A stretch of DNA of 64,000 nt from the human T2T-CHM13v2.0 reference genome, Homo sapiens, in assembly GCF_009914755.1 (NCBI RefSeq), contig NC_060936.1. The stretch is one strand, 5' to 3'. The stretch's first letter is position 1. Each line of letters begins with the position of its first letter. Shown here piece by piece: positions 45,261-64,000 of this stretch. Under the pieces are notes generated by a model, which was given only the letters and a program-made list of their open reading frames with translations, was not told the origin of the DNA and ran no database searches. The translations under genes and the position numbers were made by a program.

Positions 45261-45961
45261 AGAAAAATGGTTGTGACCACAAGTAAGGCCCAGATTCGAA
45301 TCTTACTTTTATACTTGCCTGGATACAGTTATTATTTGAGTGCATTCTAAAGTTTAAGATATTTTATGTACCCTACGCAGTCCTCTCTACAAATATTGAG
45401 GTAGATGATACTTTTCCTTCTGTGACATGAGAGTCCTTAGTTTAGGGAAGTTAAGTGACAGTCCAGGTAGAACCTGTATTTGGACTCACTCACTTTGACT
45501 GTAGATGCAGAGTATTTTTCATTATACCAAAATGCTCCTTAAACTTTTATTATCTTGGTCAAATCCAATCTACCTTAGAGTTTTTGGAAGGATTACAAGA
45601 TGAGAGATGTGAAAATTCTTTGCAAGCTCTAAATTGTTACACAAATATAGAAATTCCTTTCTTTAAAATGCCCCATTATGTCTTCTTTGTGCATGACTTT
45701 TTAGGATATAGTAGGTAGTGGCCTTGAAGTTCATTTTGGATCATAGCCTATCTCATTAGAGCCCAGAGAATGTAAGCAGATTGTTAAAGACATAGAACCT
45801 GTCAAAGCTATCTATGGCATATGAATCGAACATGGATCATGTTTAATTGAACATTTTTACCCTGGTTTAATGATCTTGTCTCCTTCGCATGTTCCATGAG
45901 GTCTCATAATCCTCCCCAAAGGAGCTCTTCCCAAAAATAATTCCTTCTAAAAATGTGGAAG

Positions 45962-46290
45962 GGCTGGGCACAGTGGCTCATGCCTGTAATCCCAGCACTT
46001 TGGGATGCTGAGGCAGGTGGATCACCTGAGGTCAGGAATTGGAGCCTGGCCAACATAGTGAAACCCCGTCTCTACTGAAAAAAAAAAAAAAAAAAAAATT
46101 AGCCAGGCGTGGTGGTGGGTGCCTGTGCCTGTACTCCCAGTTACTCAGGAGACTGTCGGAAGAATTGCTTGAAGCGAGAGGTGGAGGTTGCAGTGAGCCA
46201 AGATCGTGTCACTGCATTCCAGTCTGGGTGACAGAGCAAGACTCCATCTCAAAAACAAAACAAAACAAAACAAAACAACAACAACAAAAG
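45962..46290 (+). mobile_element. AluS with (CAAAA)n tail
   Basis: TSD resembles AAAA.GTGGAAG. Confidence 0.88.
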
Positions 46291-46369
46291 TGGAAGTAAT
46301 TTTAAAAAAACTGCAAAAAAGCCAATCCTGAAAGGTTACAAACTATATCATTCCAAAAGCCGTGGAAAA

Positions 46370-47272
<903 letters not shown>

Positions 47273-47323
47273 TATGCCATCATGCCTGGCTAATTTTTTT
47301 GTTTTGTTTTGATTTTCTGGTGA

Positions 47324-47521
<198 letters not shown>

Positions 47522-47590
47522 TAACAGATAATGACTGAACAACTGTTAGGTATTATTAGGTATTATATATTATTCCTGGGAGCAGACTAT

Positions 47591-48389
<799 letters not shown>

Positions 48390-48788
48390 GTTAATGCATT
48401 GTACTAATCTGTCTTGGTGAGAAGTTCAATTTATGAAGATACAGTAGAAATGATTTTAATTTCTTTTTTTTCCCCTAGAGAATGTGATGTTTATTCATTA
48501 ATTTATTCATTCACTCAAGAAATCTTCATTGAATGTCTACTGTGTATCAGTTGCAGTTTGGGATTCAGCAGTGAACAAAACATAAATGCTTGCCCTTATG
48601 GAACCTACAATCTGTTGGTTTTAAAAAAAATCTCTCCTGGATTAGTGTTAGATTTCTAGACCAGAAGTGTCAATTAAGTTTAACAATTTCTTCAGGCAGA
48701 GAAAATTGCTTTTGAGGTATCACTTAAGCAACCTTAGTGCTTCTAAGCAACATAACTGCCTTTTGAGGTATGAACTGAAGGGAAGTGA

Positions 48789-49105
<317 letters not shown>

Positions 49106-50109
49106 TGAGTTGGGATTTTTTAATTTTCCATAGATTTCCCATTAGGAAGGCAACCTGGTGTGACGGTATTTGAGAGTCAAGAGATCTGGGTTCTAATCCT
49201 CATTTCATCATGTAATACTTTGTGTGTTTCAGAATTCTTCACAGTGATCCTTGCTTGTCCTCACTCCTTTGTACAGCTTTTTTTTTTTAAAGGATTTTAT
49301 CCACTGTTGTGCCAGTAACTATGCTAGTGTCACTTTTTATGCTAGTAATAGTTCTATTTTCAAGTTCATTCTGTTTCCTGAGTTTAAATTTGTGTTTCCT
49401 AGTGCCAACTGAACATTTCTGTCATTTCATACTCCATTTCCAAAAAGAAACTCATTATTGTTCCGCTTTGAATTTGCTTCCCTTCTTTATGATCTTTTCA
49501 TCTCGGCAAATAGCATTGCTATGTACCCAGCTGCCTAAGGAAAAACCCTGAGTCGTCATCTTTCTATATTTCATTGACCCTCATTCAGTCATTCAAATAT
49601 TGCTTCTCTTGAGTATATCTTGAATCTATCCTTTATGCTCTAATTTCTGAACAGAACTGACACTCTTTGTCCTGCATGTTCTACTTTCTTTGCACAGAAT
49701 ACCTTCTCTTTAGTTGGCAAACTCCAACTCATTGGTTAATGTCCAGCTCAAATGTTAACTCCTGTAAAACCTTCACCATTTCTTTTAGGCAGAATTAGTG
49801 ATTCCTGAGTCTTTGCTCTTAGAGCTTGTAGGTCAAGTGTGTACTGTATTTCTGTTCTTTCACAGTTTTTTATTCGATTGTCTGTAGAATAGACTTTATT
49901 ATTGTCAAGGGGAAGACAGCCTTAGCAAAATTTTGAAATAAGTCATTGTGTGCCTAAGCATAAATTAGTTTGTGAGAACATACTTTTTAAAGAGAAATGT
50001 AGTAGGGTGTATAGTATGTTTGAGTATCTTTTTCCAATAAGCATTGCATGTATAATCATTCACTCATTGCATGTATAATTATTAATTAAATATTCTTTAT
50101 TAATTAAAG

Positions 50110-50483
50110 ACCTCTCTGGTCTCTCCAGAAGTCTTCCATGGCTGCCCTCATCCCCACCCTCCAGAGGAATCTGAAGCCACATGTGCTCCCTGGCACCCAC
50201 AGCCCCTGCCTCTCCCAGAGCAGCAGTACCTGAGCCTCAGTGGATTCCAAGAATCAAAACCCTTGGTCTGCTGCCCCTCCCTCCCAGAATGTTTCTGTCT
50301 CATTCTTACCTACTCAAGGCCCTTTCAGTAGCCCCTTGGGGTATTCTCTTCCTATGCACCAGGGCAACTTCTGAACTCACCACTTTCCTGGAAAGACCCC
50401 CAACATCTTCGGGGAGCGGTCCCCTACAGGCCTGGCTGCAGATGCCCGTGCACACAGGAACACTGTTTAAAAAAAAAAAAAAA
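50110..50483. other. Unidentified GC-richer insert ending in A15, possibly a retrocopied mRNA 3'UTR fragment
   Basis: Sharp compositional edges in AT-rich DNA; not a repeat I recognise. A-run at 50469-50483; TTTATT (minus-strand AATAAA) at 50096-50101. Confidence 0.4.
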
Positions 50484-50724
50484 GGATACTGGTGGGAGGG
50501 GCTTTGTAACTGAGGAGGTTTAGGAATTGAAAACTCATGTGTATTTTCTTTCTTTCCTCATTGTCACTTCCCAGCTACCCAGAGATATTGAAGGACAGCT
50601 GAGCTCCCCTACTTGCTGAAAATGCATTGATCAAATTTGTGTAGGATTTCCACATCTATTTATGGGCTCAGAACACTTTCTAGTTACTTGTTCCTTCCTA
50701 TCAGCTGTTTTCTGTTTGTGTTAG

Positions 50725-51392
<668 letters not shown>

Positions 51393-52948
51393 TCATAGAA
51401 TTTTGGCCAGTGAAAATTTTCTGTGTTAGTAGAATAAAAATGAACTCTTCTTATTTACAGATATTGATAGTCTGGTCTTTCCATCTTCCATCTTGACTCT
51501 CTTTTACTGTTAAAAAATCTTAGAACAAAGTAAAGCCAGTTCCAAATACTTTTCCTAGTTCTGGACTGTTTTTTTTTTTTTTTTTTTTTTTTTAACAAGA
51601 CAGTCATTTGTCCGAGTACAACAGAACAGTTCATTGTTAATACTTTGGTTCTGTGTGCTTTAAATCTTTTTTCCCCCTCTACCCATAATCTCCCTTTGTA
51701 AACTTTGAATGTTTTGTCAGTAGATCATCATCATAGGTAAAGATACTGCACATCAAGACTGTTGGTCTTCCCCATTCTTCCTGGAATATACTGGAAGCTG
51801 TCAGGACTGAGGTTAATTTCTCCATTCCTAGAACTATATTGTAATAAATATTGGAATACTGGCTTTTGTGTATTTTTTTGTGTTACTTAGTTTTTGGAGA
51901 AAGGAAATATTTCTAGACTTTCTTGACTTGTCATAACTTTTTATTGTTAAAGAATATAGTTTAAAAATTATTAAATATTAGGGAGCCTTCTGCTTCATTG
52001 GGACTTTAAGGAATGATAGCCATAGGAAGGGATATATCTTATATTATCATAAAGCTTTTAAAAAATAATATATTTATTACAATTTTTTAAATTTATTTTT
52101 TATTTTTAGAAACAGGGTCTTACTCTATTGCCCAGGCTGGTCTCAAACTTCTGGGCTCAAGTGATTCTCCTGCATTGACCTCCCAAAGTGTTGGGATTAC
52201 AGGCATGAGCCAATGAGCTCAGCCAGTTGTTTTTTTTTTTTTTTTTTTTTTTTGAGTGTTTTTTTTTTGATAACTTCTAATTATTTTCTTATCCTATCCC
52301 TAATAGTTGGCATCAGTTAATGAACTAGTTTTGATTCCCCAAAAGCCCTCTCTTAATCTCCTGTATTTTGCTTTACTTTCTATCTCTTTTGTTTATTTCT
52401 TAGAGAAATGTCATTTATGTAATCAGTTCTTATTTTGTAATACTGGGCCGTAAGAAAGCAGGGAAAAGCACAAAACTTGGCACATAGTAAATTTTGTTGC
52501 TTGAACAAATTAATGAATGAATGAACTTGCAGCATAAGAGTGCACCCTATTTAGTGGTACTGTTTAATTATTTCATGATCCTTAGCCAAGAACGAAGGCA
52601 TACCGGAAGGGAACACACAACAAAAAAAGGTGAGGGAAAAGTGTTAATATATCATTTAAGTGACTGTATTACAACAATATTACATTATGTTGTCACTCCT
52701 GAACATGAGATGTGATTCTCATTTACATTTCAAGCTAATTTGGTTAGCTGGGGGAATTCTTAGGCATCTCAAGAGATAATTAGATATACCCCTTAGGACC
52801 TCACATAATTATAATCACTATTAGGGGTATTAAAGTTTTTTTTTTTTTTTAAACAAAAACTTAGGGGGAAAAGTTGTGATTGGTAAGCGTTTTTTTCTCT
52901 TAGTGTTCTCAGAATCTTAGGAGATACGTTATTTGAAATGGTTGTTCA

Positions 52949-53264
<316 letters not shown>

Positions 53265-53939
53265 TCAATCAATTCTACTTTAGTAGAAACCAGCTCTCTA
53301 TATTGTTCTCTAACATTTTGTTATCTTGGCTTTTAGATGAAATCTTTAGCATCAGTTGGGCTCATTAGCACCTCTACTAAGAGAAGCAAGCACAGAATGG
53401 AAGGGAGAGCAAATCATAACTTTTTAAAAAGTTATTTCTCCTTAGTTAAAAGTTTGGAAGAGAAGCAAGTTGAAACTGTAGGCTGATTATGTAAAAGTTT
53501 AAGTTATCAGCTCTCTTATATGTAATGCAGGTTGATTATAAGTTTCTGGGCTGTTGTGACAACAAGAAAATTATGTTTATTATTAAAAACTTGTTTATAC
53601 TGCATATATGTGAAGGGCATTATACTGTGACAAAGCTAACAATAAAACATACATTTTAATATTTCAGATTCCTTATTTTATTTGTTTGTTTAGAGACAGG
53701 GTCTTAATGTTGCCCAGGCTGGAGTGCAGTGATGCGATCATGGCTTACTGAAGCCTCAAACTCCTGGGCTCAAGCGATCCTCCTCCCTCACTCTCCCAAG
53801 TAGCTGGGACTACAGGCATGTGACACTGCGTGGCTGATGTTTTGTAGAGGCGGCATCTTATTATGTTGTCTAGGCTGGTCTCGAACTTTCTCCCGCTTCA
53901 GCCTCCCAAAGTTCTGGGAGCCACTGTGCTGGGCCAGAT

Positions 53940-55285
<1,346 letters not shown>

Positions 55286-56214
55286 ATGCCTTTCTAACTT
55301 TTGTATTTATGCATACACTTTTATATAGTTGTAAAACTTAGTTTTATCTAGTTGTAATAATTTTGTTTTATGTTTTAAGATAATATAAACAATCTTCATG
55401 CTGTTTTTGAATGCTCCCTAATATTAAAATGAGAAAATGAATTTATTATGTACTTTATTTTTCTGTTACTCATTAATTGCTTCCATTTTCCCCTGCCTTA
55501 ATAAATACTTTTGTGTGTGTAGTTTTTCCCTTTTGTATTGCTTTAGGATAAAATTCAAGGAGAAACAGTAAAGAGTACAATTATTGGGATCAAGGCCATT
55601 TTAGATAATTCTTGATATGCAGTAAAGTTTCACAATGGGAAACCTTGTTAGATTTACAGTGGAGGTTTGCTGCAGTTTATTCTGTGGCTTTCTAGACAAG
55701 AGTAGCACCAGTTATCTGTGTAATTTTACTTAGAAAAAAACAAAGAACTTTTCACTGGTTCTTTGAAGTGGTAGTAAGCTTCCCTACTGTTGGTTTTGTT
55801 CAAAAATCACTGTTTGCTATCTGAATCTTCTTGATTACTTCAGAACTTTATGTAATAGTTTATTGAGGTTCTTAGGTACAGGTAGCTAACACGGGCTTGA
55901 CTTTATCTTACTATGGTACAATCTAAATATATATTTAGTGTTGTTAATTAAGGTTATCATTCACAGATGCTCCCTTATATATAGGTGGAGAAACTGAGGC
56001 TTCCCTTGAGACAGCATGCTCCTGGATATAACCGTGAGAGCAGTTAAACTCTTGAGACCTGCATTCTTTATTTTTCTTAATTATCAGTACAATTATTGGA
56101 TCAGAGTTTCTTCTATCTTTTTTGTGAGTCATTAAATTCCATTTTTAAAAGGTATCTTTTGAATACATACATTTACAGGTTTGGAAAATATATTTCTAGT
56201 TAAACCATGTGTTC

Positions 56215-59525
<3,311 letters not shown>

Positions 59526-60204
59526 TGTTTTTGATTCAGAAAATTTGGTCAGAATTAGTGTCTACACAATGGGCCTGTTTTCATGTCCACCAGGCATTAT
59601 GGCTGAGTGAAAAGCCAGAAGGGCCCGATTTTGAACTTTTCTTCCACTTACCAGCCATGAGACTGAGCAACCTGCACAAACTGTGAGCCTTGAATTCTTC
59701 AGTTGCAGAAATGAGGTGTTGAATCCTTCAGGTTGTTATGAAGAATAAATGAGATAATGGGCACCTGACAGCATATATTTATGTTAGGAATATATAATTA
59801 TTGCTGTTTGAAATTGTAGCCTGTATATATTTGCAGAGTGCCCAAATACTTGTTCCTCAGATACAGAGTTTATGTACATCTCAATGTACCTTTTATAGTT
59901 GAAGTTGTTTTGTTTTGAGAGAAGACTGAAGTTATTTGTGGGGTTTTTTGTTGTTGTTTTTTTTCTTACAGTATTGTCATGTGGAAAATACATGTTAATT
60001 ATCAGGGTTTAGGTTTTCTGCTGAGTGTGTTTCAAATTAAGTCATTTCCCTCTAGAATTGGTAGTTTGTTGTCTTCATGTTATTTATAATCATTTCCAAG
60101 TTTACCAGATAGAAAAACCCTTAATGAAATTTTGGAAAAGAAGTACACCAGTGAGTTGTTTGCTAATCTTCCTGTAGTTGTCACACAGACTGACTGTTTA
60201 TATA

Positions 60205-62724
<2,520 letters not shown>

Positions 62725-62857
62725 AAGTTAAATTTTAAGTGGCTGTATAAAGGATTATGATGATGCCTACCTTGAATGGTAAACTTTTAGATGTAACTTT
62801 TCAGTTATTTCTGCTGAAAAATGCTAAAGTGATGTGCTATTCTATTGAAAGCCAAGT

Positions 62858-63237
62858 GTATTGATTTGCTAGGCCTGCCATAAAGTACTGCAGACTGGGT
62901 GGCTTAAATGACAGAAATGTATTTTCTCACAGTTCTGGAGGCTAGAGTTTCAAGATCAACATGTCAGCAGGTTTGGTTTCTCCTATCACCCCTCTCCTTG
63001 GCTTGCAATTGTTGCCTTCTCTCTGTCCTCACAGGGCCTTTCCTCTGGGCATGTATTCCTCCCTGGTGTCTCTTCTTACAAGGACATCAGTCATAGTGGA
63101 TTAGGCCCCCCCACCTTGTAACTTCATTTAACCTTGATTACCTCTCTAAAGCCTCTATTTCCAAATACAGTCTCATTGTAAAGTACTGGGGGTTAGGACT
63201 TAACATATGAATTTTGAGAGGCTACAATCAGTGCACA
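62858..63237 (-). mobile_element. MLT1A-type MaLR solo LTR
   Basis: TTTCTCACAGTTCTGGAGGCTAGA...CAAGATCAA and GGGGTTAGGACTTAACATATGAATTTT motifs. Confidence 0.8.
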
Positions 63238-64000
63238 CCGCCAGGGAATTTCTGATAGAAACTTCATTTGTTTACACATTAAGCAGATCTTGAGGGTGTG
63301 TACTGTGTGACAGATCCTGTTTTACGTATGTATGTGTGTGTACTATGTGACAGATCCTGTTTTAGATACATATGGTGAACGAGACAAACAAGATTTGACA
63401 CTTAAGAGGCTGGTGGTTTAGTTGAGAAAGACAGATAATTAATAGGAAAATAAATATTTGAGAGAGTGATAAGGACTGTGAAGGAAATTAAACTGTGTCA
63501 AGTGTTAGAATGATTAGTGTGACGGGTCGTCAGGTAGGGGCTTCCTGAAAAGGTGACCTTTTACCTGGGAGCTTAAATGGTAAGGGATAACTAGCTAGTT
63601 AAGTTCCCAGGCATGTTTCTAGGGCCTGATGTTGATCAAGATTGGTATGGAAAAGGTTCAAAAGAATAGTGAGTCAATTAGGGAGCTTTATAAGTTGAGG
63701 TTGGAGAGGTTGGTGGGGCAAAATCATTAAGGGCCTTGTGGGAATTATGGTAAAGATTTGGCTTCCTTTTGCACAAGGAATAAAATCTGGAGGGATTTTA
63801 GCAGGGGAGTGACATGATTTTTCTGTTTGAAAGAGCACTTTGGCTGCTAAATAAAGAGAGGAAACTGCAGGTATGAGAGTAGAGGATAGGGAGGCCTGTT
63901 AGGGGATTATCAAAGTATTGTAGGTCAGAGATATTGGTGGTTTAGCTAAGATCATGGCAGGGAAGAGAAAAAGAAAGGGAAATAATTTGAGAGATATTTT

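Overview
Human/primate, Alu-dense euchromatic DNA with no intact protein-coding exon. A CpG-island promoter at ~13.3-14.3 kb carries a non-coding first exon on + and splice donors on -. From recall, unverified, it fits the head-to-head ZRANB3(-)/R3HDM1(+) locus; the rest of the window is then intronic. Main contents: (1) a 6.1-kb ERV9/HERV9 (LTR12-type) provirus at 32665-38767 with a TAAA TSD. Its LTRs, PBS, leader and PPT are on +, but its gag-pro-pol-env block is inverted onto -, with a duplicated 27-bp inverted repeat at the two breakpoints. (2) An old full-length intronless SDAD1 processed pseudogene on - (~18.3-20.8 kb). (3) A ~490-bp non-Alu inverted duplication (40381-40868 / 47591-48389). 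(4) A 5'-truncated L1PA (56.2-59.5 kb). (5) A MER4-type solo LTR, MLT1, MER1A/MER2/MER58/Tigger DNA transposon relics, L2/MIR/L1M fragments and about 50 Alus. Most ORFs in the supplied track are repeat-derived. All family assignments were made by eye from remembered consensus sequences; no searches were run.
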